The notes under the pieces were generated by a model that was given only the letters and a program-made list of their open reading frames with translations, made no database searches and was not told where the DNA came from. A stretch of 24,629 bases of DNA from Promethearchaeota archaeon (GTDB lineage: Archaea > Asgardarchaeota > Lokiarchaeia > Sigyniarchaeales > SOKP01): the NCBI GenBank assembly GCA_008080735.1, contig SHMW01000068.1, forward strand, positions 1 to 24,629, read 5' to 3'. The position numbers were made by a program, and so were the translations under genes. Each line of letters opens with the position of its first letter. The first letter of the stretch is position 1. Shown piece by piece: positions 8,962 to 17,833 of this stretch.

Positions 8962-9819
8962 ATGTTATATGAATTAGAGTCATTCACCGAACCAACACGC
9001 TATTTTCAGTATGATTATATCTTATTTGATGTTATTTTTCTTACGATTTGGTTAATTTTCCTAATAAAAAATAAGAAATGGAAAGCGCTTGCCTTCGGTC
9101 TCTTTTGTGCGTTTTGTGTATATTTAATTGATGCTGTGTGGTGGTGGAATACGAAATTCAACGGCACTTATATAAGAGAATATTGGATTGGAGGCGTTGA
9201 ACTTCCTCGCCCGTTAGGAGAGTATTTCTGGATAAAGTTTAGTTGCGATTTTATGATGTGCATATCTTACAGTTTATTCGCGTTTCCATGGATGTGGATT
9301 GTCTTTGATAAAATAAACAAGAAATCTTCAAACCAAAAATTTACACGAGAAGATCGGAATGAAGTTGTGCTCTACACCGGACTATATTTTGGATCTTGGA
9401 TGCTAATTCCCGCTTTCACCTTACTTGTCCCACTTAACGATACGAGCGTCTATACGGTACGTCATATGGATACTCAAATTCTTGTCTGGATTGCTAATGT
9501 GTTTATTGGGTACCTAATTTTAAGTATTCTGTATGGCACAAATCTCATTAAGAGAAAAAAACCAAGTATTATAATCTATGTATTTATAGTAGGATGTGCA
9601 GAATCATTTTTTATGGAATTTCCGTTATTTGTATACAGAATTCGCCCAACCGGCCCTATTTTTCTCCTTTTTGAAGTTTTTTTCCTGGTAAACCAAGGTG
9701 CTCCTTATCTATTCATTGCTTATGATCTTGTATTACCAACCTTAGGAAAGGGAACAAAAAAGTTAAAACGAAAAATATCTTCGCTTACGGGGAAAAAAGA
9801 ACTCAAAATTGAAGCATAA
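8962..9819 (+). CDS. Polytopic membrane protein (about 7 TM), unknown function
   Basis: About seven hydrophobic segments, Lys-rich loops and tail, and SD-like aaggag upstream. Confidence 0.8.
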   Translation: MLYELESFTEPTRYFQYDYILFDVIFLTIWLIFLIKNKKWKALAFGLFCAFCVYLIDAVWWWNTKFNGTYIREYWIGGVELPRPLGEYFWIKFSCDFMMCISYSLFAFPWMWIVFDKINKKSSNQKFTREDRNEVVLYTGLYFGSWMLIPAFTLLVPLNDTSVYTVRHMDTQILVWIANVFIGYLILSILYGTNLIKRKKPSIIIYVFIVGCAESFFMEFPLFVYRIRPTGPIFLLFEVFFLVNQGAPYLFIAYDLVLPTLGKGTKKLKRKISSLTGKKELKIEA

Positions 9820-9857
9820 TGAAATAAAAATCCAATTTAACTAGAAATTATTAAGGG

Positions 9858-11066
9858 TCACTCTTTTAATGAAGCGATAAAGTCAACAACTTTAACTAAC
9901 TTCTCCTTTTCTGAGAGAAGCATATACTGCGGGAATTCTACGCTTCGCGAGTAAATATCTGAAACAATTGGAAAATTCGAATCATCACTCTTATGACCTC
10001 CCCAATTAGCCATCGAGTAGTCAATTCCCTTTCTGAGGTTAATATCTTTGAAACATTGCAAACTATGGAGTGGAGGGTAACAATCATCAGTCGGGATTCC
10101 ATTCCGGTTCAATTTTTTATAAAATGCAATTTTCGTCAATTCATTAAATTTTTCTGGCTCAAATACGATGGGAAACACGTACCATCCCAGTTCTTCCGTA
10201 CCCGGTGTTGGTTTCATTGTCCTAAGACCTTTAATCTCGTTTAATTTATCGGCAAAATATCTGGCATGTTCATTTCGGCGGATATGTTGGTCAGGGAATT
10301 TACTCAATTGTGTTCTCAAGAGAGCCGCTAAGAATTCACTCATTCGATAATTTGTTCCATATACAAAATGCGCATATGAATATTGGTTCTTCATCCTTCC
10401 ACAATCGATAATGGAATATATGGTATCCGCCAAATCATCATCATTACAAATAATCGCTCCACCCTCTCCGCTCGTTAAAACTTTTGATGCTTGGAAGCTG
10501 AATGTTCCTGCATCCCCCCAATTGCCTACCCTTTTTCCTTTAAATCGGCTTCCTTGTGCATGCGCACAATCCTCTACGATAGCCAACTCATATTGGTCTG
10601 CGATCTCCACTAACTTATCCATTTCTACAGGATTACCCCCTAGATGAACTGGGACGATCGCTTTCGTTCTATCGGTGATTAATTCCTCAACTTTCTTCAC
10701 ATCCATTACTAAGGTATCTGGACGGATATCACAGAATATGGGTACCGCATTCGTGGCAACAACCGCAGACGCAGAGGCTACAAAAGTATAATCAGAGACA
10801 ATTACTTCATCACCTAACCCTACTCCCAGGGCCAAAAGAGCTGCTTCAATGGCAACCGTTCCATTTACAACTGCGATACAATGCTTACTCTCTTGAAAAT
10901 CCGCAAATTCTTCTTGAAATTTCCAGTAATTCTCTCCTCGATGTTGTCCTGGAGACCCTGCCCACCAATTTCCCGATCTCACTGCCTCAGTTATCGCTTT
11001 TATGTCGTTTTCGTCAAAAAGGGGCCATTTATGAAAGTTTTTCTTCGGATCTTTTTCAAATGTAAT
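9858..11066 (-). CDS. DegT/DnrJ/EryC1/StrS PLP-dependent aminotransferase (probable ATT start at 11066)
   Basis: NGTVAI, VEDCAHAQG, FSFQASK (PLP Lys), SGEGGAI and GTNYRM. The frame continues upstream of GTG 10982 through the family-typical KWPLFDENDIKAITEAVRSG, and SD-like AAGGTGG lies 7 nt before ATT 11066. Confidence 0.88.
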   Translation of the reverse strand: MTFEKDPKKNFHKWPLFDENDIKAITEAVRSGNWWAGSPGQHRGENYWKFQEEFADFQESKHCIAVVNGTVAIEAALLALGVGLGDEVIVSDYTFVASASAVVATNAVPIFCDIRPDTLVMDVKKVEELITDRTKAIVPVHLGGNPVEMDKLVEIADQYELAIVEDCAHAQGSRFKGKRVGNWGDAGTFSFQASKVLTSGEGGAIICNDDDLADTIYSIIDCGRMKNQYSYAHFVYGTNYRMSEFLAALLRTQLSKFPDQHIRRNEHARYFADKLNEIKGLRTMKPTPGTEELGWYVFPIVFEPEKFNELTKIAFYKKLNRNGIPTDDCYPPLHSLQCFKDINLRKGIDYSMANWGGHKSDDSNFPIVSDIYSRSVEFPQYMLLSEKEKLVKVVDFIASLKE

Positions 11067-11179
11067 AATTTTCCCACCTTTTATGTATTGTTATATGATA
11101 AATTTTTTACCATATTTTTAATTTTCTATCAAAAGAGATATAATTTATTAAATGCGAATTAGCCTATTACACTATTTCT

Positions 11180-12895
11180 ATGATTTTCGTTGATAAAAAA
11201 AAGATAGCAGAAATCGTTCGCCCAGAAATTCCATATTTCTCCGAAAAAGAATTGGAAGCGATGATAGAAATTCCACCCGCAGATTTTGATTATACGTATG
11301 CATTACCTGTCTTTCGGTTAGCAAAACATGAAAGAAAAGCACCTAAACTAATAGCCAAGGAACTTTTGGAAAAACTTGACAAACCCTCCTATTTAGAAGA
11401 TATAAAAGCCGAAGGTCCTTATCTCAATTTCAAGGTGAAACCAATTATTACTTTGCGGAATATATTTGAGATAAAGGAAGATTATGGAAAAATTAGGGAT
11501 AAGTTAAGAGAGCGCGAGATTAAAACGGAACGAATTGTTATTGAATATCCATCACCCAACACCAACAAACCCCTTCATCTGGGACACGTACGAAACATGC
11601 TTATCGGCTCGTCGACTACGAAGCTCTTAAAATATAAAGGACATAAGGTCTTTCAAGTGAATTTAAATAATGACCGCGGAATCCATATATGTAAGTCAAT
11701 GCTTGCGTACCAAAAGTTTGGAGATGAGGAAAAACCGGATAAAAAGCCCGATCATTTTGTAGGAGATTTTTACGTAAAATATAACGAGCTTGAAGATAAA
11801 AATGCAGATATCATCAATAAAGCGAAAGAACTCCTTCAAAAATGGGAAGAAAAGAACCCAAAAGTCCGTGCTTTGTGGAGGAAAATGAATAAATGGGCAA
11901 TTGAGGGATTTCAAGAAACCTATGAAAAATTCAGCATCTCCTTTAATAAACAATATTTTGAGTCAGATTACTATTGGAAAGGGAAAGAAATAGTTCTTAA
12001 TGGGCTAAAAAATGGTGTATTTACTAAGACTGAAGACGGGGCAATCCAAGCACCCTTAGAAGAGAAATATGGGCTTCCCGATAAGATCCTTCTCAGAAGC
12101 GATGGAACCTCTATCTATATAACTCAAGATATCTATTTAGCATATTTGAAAAAAGAGGATTTTGATTATGATGCATCCATATATGTGGTCGGAAATGAGC
12201 AAGATCTCTATTTTAAACAATTGTTTGCGGTCTTGGATATGTTGGGGTTCAAAGAGCATAAATATCATTTATCCTATGGGATGATATATCTACCTGAAGG
12301 GAAAATGAAAAGCAGAGAGGGAAAAGTGGTGGATGCGGATGATTTAGTGAAAGAGATGAATAATATTGCCTATAAAGAGGTGAATAGGCGCTATCCTAAT
12401 TTATCAGAGGAGGAGAAGACTAAGCGTTCCGAAATAATTGGAATGGCGGCTCTACGATTTTTTATACTTAAAATAAGCCCGAAAAGTGATTTTGTCTTTG
12501 ATCCGGATGAGAGTATATCTTTTGAGGGAGAGACCGGCCCGTATGTGCAATATGTGTACGCACGAATACAATCGATAATAGAAAAATCAAAAGTAGAGAT
12601 TTCTCAAGATATAGATCCAAATCAATTCAAACATGAAAAAGAATTGGCACTTATTAAACAGCTAAATTATTTCCCAGAGATCGTAGATGAGGCAGCACAA
12701 AATTATGATATACATCTGATACCTCAATATCTTTTAAATCTCTGTCAAACCTTTAACTCATTTTATAGCTCTTGTCCCGTTATTCAAGAAAAGAAGGAAT
12801 TAGAGCGGGCAAGGTTATTATTAATTCGATGTGTCCAGATTGTCATTAGGATAGGTTTGAATCTTATTGGGATCGAAACCTTAAAGGAGATGTGA
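11180..12895 (+). CDS. argS: Arginine--tRNA ligase
   Basis: EYPSPNTNKPLHLGHVRN (HIGH), RSDGTSIY, KMKSREG, FEGETGPYVQY and C-terminal GI..LKEM. Confidence 0.96.
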   Translation: MIFVDKKKIAEIVRPEIPYFSEKELEAMIEIPPADFDYTYALPVFRLAKHERKAPKLIAKELLEKLDKPSYLEDIKAEGPYLNFKVKPIITLRNIFEIKEDYGKIRDKLREREIKTERIVIEYPSPNTNKPLHLGHVRNMLIGSSTTKLLKYKGHKVFQVNLNNDRGIHICKSMLAYQKFGDEEKPDKKPDHFVGDFYVKYNELEDKNADIINKAKELLQKWEEKNPKVRALWRKMNKWAIEGFQETYEKFSISFNKQYFESDYYWKGKEIVLNGLKNGVFTKTEDGAIQAPLEEKYGLPDKILLRSDGTSIYITQDIYLAYLKKEDFDYDASIYVVGNEQDLYFKQLFAVLDMLGFKEHKYHLSYGMIYLPEGKMKSREGKVVDADDLVKEMNNIAYKEVNRRYPNLSEEEKTKRSEIIGMAALRFFILKISPKSDFVFDPDESISFEGETGPYVQYVYARIQSIIEKSKVEISQDIDPNQFKHEKELALIKQLNYFPEIVDEAAQNYDIHLIPQYLLNLCQTFNSFYSSCPVIQEKKELERARLLLIRCVQIVIRIGLNLIGIETLKEM

Positions 12896-12920
12896 AAAAT
12901 GAAAGGAGGAAATTAAAATT

Positions 12921-13826
12921 TTGAAATTTTTCGATTTTGGAGAAGTTGTTAAAAATGATACCGAATTTGTATTATTCGGTTTTCCATGGGATTATCTTAC
13001 TTCAATCGATCTTCCCAATTCTTCTAATGCGCCTGAGCAAATCAGAGAAGTCACAAATGATTTAGCATTGACCACAGAAATGGGCACCTATATTCCCGAA
13101 TTAAAAGTAGTTGACTTGGGAGATATTGAAATAATTACGAACAATGTGGAGCAGAATCTTCGGAAAGCGAGAGAATTTGTCAAAAATATCTATAAGCAAA
13201 AAGATGATGTCATTCCGATTATGATCGGGGGAGATCATTTTTGTTCATTCCCTATTGCAAAGGCTGTTGGAGATCATTTCAAGGAGAAGAAAAAGCTTGG
13301 GATGTTAATTTTTGATGCGCATCTCGATTTATATGAGGAATGGGATAAGGGAGTATATTCTCATGCTACAATCTCACATAGATTATATGATTTGGCGTAT
13401 ATCAATAATAAAAACCTATTAATTGTTGGGACACGAGATATTGATATTCCAGAATATGAAATCGCTGAAAAAGAACAGATATCTTATCTAAATGCGCATG
13501 AATTGACAGCGATTGATATCGATGCTTATAGGCAGAGAATATTGAACTTTTTTCGAGACTCGAATATAAGTCATCTATATGTATCAATCGATATTGACGC
13601 ATTAGATCCCTCCATCGCACCAGGCACGGGTTTTGCTATTCCAGGCGGATTTACCTATAGACAATTATGGCATATTCTTCATGAGATTTCAACACATTTT
13701 AATGTCATTGGCTTCGATTTAGTCGAAGTGGCCCCGAACTTGGATTTGCCAAACCGAATTACACGAAATTTGGCAGCAAAACTAATTATTGAATTTATTT
13801 CATTTATTTCAAATCAAAAAACTTGA
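12921..13826 (+). CDS. speB: Agmatinase (ureohydrolase family)
   Basis: GGDH, DAHLD, SHAT, SIDIDALDP..APGTG...PGG and DLVEVAP; TTG start with aaggagg SD. Confidence 0.88.
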   Translation: MKFFDFGEVVKNDTEFVLFGFPWDYLTSIDLPNSSNAPEQIREVTNDLALTTEMGTYIPELKVVDLGDIEIITNNVEQNLRKAREFVKNIYKQKDDVIPIMIGGDHFCSFPIAKAVGDHFKEKKKLGMLIFDAHLDLYEEWDKGVYSHATISHRLYDLAYINNKNLLIVGTRDIDIPEYEIAEKEQISYLNAHELTAIDIDAYRQRILNFFRDSNISHLYVSIDIDALDPSIAPGTGFAIPGGFTYRQLWHILHEISTHFNVIGFDLVEVAPNLDLPNRITRNLAAKLIIEFISFISNQKT

Positions 13827-13841
13827 GTATTAGCATCTAAA

Positions 13842-14786
13842 ATGACGAAAGATACTTTTAAAGACCATTTAAATAATGTGAATCAGTTTAATATTTCGAA
13901 AAAGACGGATATAATCTCCCTCATTAATAACTTAAGAGGAACTGGATTTAATGCCAAACGATTGGCGTTAGCTTGTCAAATTTATGAAAAAATGATTCGA
14001 GATAATGAGTGCGTGAAATTTTTTGGATTAGCAGGAGCGATGGTGCCCGTGGGAATGCAAGGGATTATTCATGATTTCATTGGAGATGGGTTTATTGATA
14101 TCTTAGTTACAACGGGTGCCAATCTGACGCATGATATCGCCGAAACCCTTGGCTATCATCATCTTCAAGGGGAGGTAGATTTAAATGAGTTAGATGATGC
14201 GAATTTACGTCAGGAACGAATGAATCGAATATATGACGTGTTTTTACCCGATAAAGTCTATGAAGGAATTGAAGATTTCATTTCTGAGCTGGAGATTCCC
14301 GATCATAACATGTCTGTGAGTTCTTTTCTCAAATTTTTAGGTCAACAGCTTCCTGATAACCCCCATTCGGTTCTAAAAATAGCTGCGGAAAAAAATGTCC
14401 CCATCTTTTGCCCGGCTTTTACGGACTCTGGTCTTGCCCTTCAGCTCGGATTTCACTTCCAAAAGTTAAATCTAAACCATTTTAAAGATATGTTAGAAAT
14501 GGTGGACCTTGCGTGGGATGCAACAAACGCTGGCGTGTGTATAATTGGGGGAGGGGTTCCTAAGAATTTTATTTTTCAATCACTCCAATTTTGTCCCACA
14601 TCAGCCAAATATGCGATTCAGATTACCATGGATCGCCCCGAACCCGGCGGTCTAAGTGGGGCGACTTTAAGTGAAGCTATGTCATGGGGTAAAGTCAATG
14701 AAGATGCTGAACATTCGATGATAATATCGGATGCAACTATAGCACTGCCTTTAATTCTCTGGTATCTTAAAACCTTATTCCCCTAA
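13842..14786 (+). CDS. dys: Deoxyhypusine synthase
   Basis: TGFNA, TTGANLTHD, NRIYD, FCPAFTDS, GGGVPKN, GGLSGATLSEAMSWGK (catalytic Lys intact) and DATIALP. Confidence 0.93.
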   Translation: MTKDTFKDHLNNVNQFNISKKTDIISLINNLRGTGFNAKRLALACQIYEKMIRDNECVKFFGLAGAMVPVGMQGIIHDFIGDGFIDILVTTGANLTHDIAETLGYHHLQGEVDLNELDDANLRQERMNRIYDVFLPDKVYEGIEDFISELEIPDHNMSVSSFLKFLGQQLPDNPHSVLKIAAEKNVPIFCPAFTDSGLALQLGFHFQKLNLNHFKDMLEMVDLAWDATNAGVCIIGGGVPKNFIFQSLQFCPTSAKYAIQITMDRPEPGGLSGATLSEAMSWGKVNEDAEHSMIISDATIALPLILWYLKTLFP

Positions 14787-14871
14787 TTTAAATTCTCTGA
14801 TCGGGTTACAAATTGCAAATACTCTTGTTCTAATTTTCGGCAAATTTCGGGCATATGGGATTTCGATAAGT

Positions 14872-15339
14872 CTATTTTTCCTTGAGGATCTCACTGAATT
14901 TTTGATCCATACTTTTAGTGGTTGTACCAAATATAGAATTCAATTCTTCCTTAAATTCTCGAAATTGTGCCACTTTAGATAAAAATTTTCCAGAATAAAA
15001 TTCTATAAATCGTTCTATAGCTTTCTTTAATAAAGGTTTAATTATAGATCTAATGCGCTTTTCTACTTTTTTTTCTTTATCAAAAATCACATAGGCATAA
15101 ATAGGTTCTGGCTCAATCCCATCCTTAGATATAATAGTGTCTTCCACAAACGCTATCGTATACTTTTTGCCATCTAAATAGTGAAGTCTTTTCGAGGAAA
15201 ATGCGGTTTCTGCCAAATTTATGAGTGCAATAAAAAGGGCACTCCGAAGATCGGTTTCATCATCTTTTCCCGTTTCATGATACTTTACATTGACCAAGGA
15301 ATATCCCCGAAATAAAATACCAACTTCTCTAATAAGCAT
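14872..15339 (-). CDS. Longin-like domain protein
   Basis: beta-beta-alpha-beta-beta-beta-alpha-alpha pattern: IREVGILFRGYSLV, DLRSALFIALINLAE, LHYL/YTIAFV/IYAYVIFD, then AIERFIEFY...VAQFREFKEELNSIF. ATG 15339 is preferred as start. Confidence 0.65.
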   Translation of the reverse strand: MLIREVGILFRGYSLVNVKYHETGKDDETDLRSALFIALINLAETAFSSKRLHYLDGKKYTIAFVEDTIISKDGIEPEPIYAYVIFDKEKKVEKRIRSIIKPLLKKAIERFIEFYSGKFLSKVAQFREFKEELNSIFGTTTKSMDQKFSEILKEK

Positions 15340-15533
15340 CCGCAATACCTAATCAAATTTTGTTTTTAAAATTATCTTCGTTTCATTTAAAGATAAATAT
15401 GGAATTGTAAAAAATTCTTTTATCAAAAAAGATTTATCGAAAATCAATTATTTACCATTATTGATAGAATCTCAAAAAATTAAAAAAACAAAAAGAAAAA
15501 AGGAATTCAGTTAATTTTATTAAATCCTCTTTT

Positions 15534-16037
15534 CTATTTTACTTCGATTTTCTTTTTCTCGACTGGCTCTGGCTCTTTTTTTGGGATTTTCACTGTTAAG
15601 ATTCCCTTTTCTAAGTTGGCATCAATGGCCTCATCATCGATGTTCTCTGGCAAGGTAAACGCTCTGTAATAGCGGGATGAGCGATATTCACTCCTGACTA
15701 CCTCTCCTTCTTCTTCTTCCTTCTCCTCCTTTTCGATTTCACCTTTAATTTCTAAGACTCCATCGTGGAATGAAACTTCAATGTCACCTTTATCAAGACC
15801 TGGCATCTCTGCAGAAATCTCAAATTCTCCATCCGATTCTTTAATATTTGTGAGTGGAGTTCTAAAAAGTGGTCCCTCTTCTTTTTCCATCAAGCTTAAA
15901 CTGGGCCATCGTGTAGGCCGCCAGAAATCGCCAAAACTTCGAGAGATTTCATCGAACATCTTATCCATTTCCTGAAAAATTGAAAATGGTCGTTCTCTTC
16001 TTATGGATAATTCGCGAGATTTTTCTTCTTCAGACAT
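15534..16037 (-). CDS. hsp20: Small heat-shock protein (Hsp20/alpha-crystallin)
   Basis: AEMPGLDKGDIEV, YYRAFTLPE, ANLEKGILTVKIPK and C-terminal IEV motif; strong SD aggaggt. Confidence 0.95.
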   Translation of the reverse strand: MSEEEKSRELSIRRERPFSIFQEMDKMFDEISRSFGDFWRPTRWPSLSLMEKEEGPLFRTPLTNIKESDGEFEISAEMPGLDKGDIEVSFHDGVLEIKGEIEKEEKEEEEGEVVRSEYRSSRYYRAFTLPENIDDEAIDANLEKGILTVKIPKKEPEPVEKKKIEVK

Positions 16038-16103
16038 AACATCAACCTCCTTTTAATTTTGTGTGAGAGATTAATATTTTCCTAAAGATTTGGGTTTTTT
16101 ATT

Positions 16104-16168
16104 TGTAAAGACAATCTTTACATCTTTCAATTTATTGGTATGAATTGATATATTTAAATATTTCGGTT
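16104..16168 (-). promoter_or_regulatory. hsp20 promoter (BRE + TATA) with downstream palindrome
   Basis: Minus strand reads CCGAAA-TATTTAAATA (16166-16151). Perfect inverted repeat TGTAAAGA-caa-TCTTTACA at 16104-16122. Confidence 0.65.
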
Positions 16169-16322
16169 TTGCATTATAAATCAGTATCCTCCCCCTAAGT
16201 CTAAATTCTAAGGTTTTCACAATATTTTGATCCCAAGGGCCTAAGAGAAATAATATTTAATATAAATGAGCGAGATTTTGCTTAGGGTTTATTTTGTTAA
16301 AAATAAAAAAAAATTCTTGAAA

Positions 16323-17102
16323 TTATTTAACTGCTAATTTTTTCCGGGATATGGTCCATCCCATTGAGATTGTGGAAATTCCAAGGATAAGGCTTACTAA
16401 CAATGGCGTTACGAATGGTATGTTTTGAGGTGGTGTTAGGGTTAATTCAGCATAAGTGGTTGGATCACCAATAACTCCATTTTGGGGTATTAACCAATCA
16501 GAAACTTGCGGAGAGGCATCAAAAATAATTCTTATCTTTCCATTCAAATTCCCCACTGGTAATATATGATTCATCTCCTCTGGTCTCGAACTTCCATCAT
16601 AATTATCACTGAATGTTATATTAATCGATATTTCAATGATCGTGTGATCTTCTGCCTTATTAGGACTGTCTCCAAATCCAAAACTCCAATTAGCCATAGA
16701 ATCTCCAATTAATCCATTATTAAACCTCCCTAATCTCATAGATATATTATCATCCCGTTGTCCATCAAAATTACAGTCATAATAGATATGTACATCGTCA
16801 AATTGGTCTGAAGTGTTGTCGGGCAAATCATCAAATAAGAGAAATAACTTATTTTCCGTATGCTTAATATAAATGTGAACTGTATCATTGGGATGATTAC
16901 TCATAGGATTTGGTTCATGGTAAAAACTTGTATGGTATGCATCAGCCCATTCGGTTTCTGTGAATGTACCATCAATCGTAGGTATAATGGTTGCCTTATA
17001 GCTCTGAAGCGTGCTGATCTCTCCCTTGACCGCAATACCAGTTAGCATCGATAAACATAGTGTTACCAACATTCCTAATAACAATAGATTTTGTTTTTTC
17101 AT
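16323..17102 (-). CDS. Secreted, C-terminally anchored protein with CBM9/DOMON-like sugar-binding domain
   Basis: Signal peptide MKKQNLLLLGMLVTLCLSML, PTIDG...EWADA motif, HTIIEISI strand, and C-terminal IPF + TM helix + RKK. Confidence 0.7.
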   Translation of the reverse strand: MKKQNLLLLGMLVTLCLSMLTGIAVKGEISTLQSYKATIIPTIDGTFTETEWADAYHTSFYHEPNPMSNHPNDTVHIYIKHTENKLFLLFDDLPDNTSDQFDDVHIYYDCNFDGQRDDNISMRLGRFNNGLIGDSMANWSFGFGDSPNKAEDHTIIEISINITFSDNYDGSSRPEEMNHILPVGNLNGKIRIIFDASPQVSDWLIPQNGVIGDPTTYAELTLTPPQNIPFVTPLLVSLILGISTISMGWTISRKKLAVK

Positions 17103-17390
17103 TTTATATACTTATAGATTTCAATAATACTATTTTGAGCTTAATCTATTTAAAACTTCTTAGGTAGCCGATTTGCGATCTTTAAGATTAATTACCAATT
17201 ATTTCGAAAATGATTCATAACAAGCATTCACAATTTCACTAAACCAAATACCTCTGTGTCTATAAATTCTTTCAAATTGTTTTTTAGTACAAAGGAGAAA
17301 ATTTCTCGCGAAAATTAATCGCTATGGTTTTTTTCTTTATTAATTTCGCATCGTACTTTTCTTCTAAACCCTAAAAGAGGTATTTGAAAA

Positions 17391-17735
17391 ATGTTGGAAT
17401 ATGAAAAGTGTTCTGAAGTAAAATTAAGATACAGGCCGAATATGAAAAGGCAGATAGTCAAATTAAATCTCACCCCTCAAAGTCTAAGAGAAGAGAAGCA
17501 CGAAATTGCGCGTATCTGGGAGGATTTCATAGAGAACGACCCAGAGGGGTTTATAAAGGTGTTGGATAAAATCGGAATAAATTATTCAAAACTTGAAACT
17601 CGGAATTGCCCATTCTGTGGAGATGAGATTAGCTTCATAGATTTATTTAAAGTAAATTCTCCTCTAGGACTCGGAAAAGTAATTAACCTATGGAAGGATA
17701 AAAATTTGATATTTATCTGTAAAGTTTGTTGCTAA
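17391..17735 (+). CDS. Small zinc-finger-like hypothetical protein
   Basis: CPFC and CKVC pairs; SD-like gaggt upstream of the ATG. Confidence 0.65.
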   Translation: MLEYEKCSEVKLRYRPNMKRQIVKLNLTPQSLREEKHEIARIWEDFIENDPEGFIKVLDKIGINYSKLETRNCPFCGDEISFIDLFKVNSPLGLGKVINLWKDKNLIFICKVCC

Positions 17736-17833
17736 AACCTCTAGCTTTCGAAATAGGTAATTTGTATTCAGATTGGTTTAGTTCCTTTTTAGCTTAATGA
17801 TGTGTCTAAAAATAATTTAGATTTTAGTGAGTA

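Noticed and set aside
8962-9819. Rhodopsin or GPCR interpretation of the 7-TM protein
   Set aside because: No retinal-binding Lys (DxxxK/SxxxK) in the last helix and no other supporting motif.
16190-16290. Recurrent CTAAG/CTTAG words between hsp20 and the surface-protein gene
   Set aside because: Too short and irregularly spaced to support a repeat, MITE or CRISPR call.
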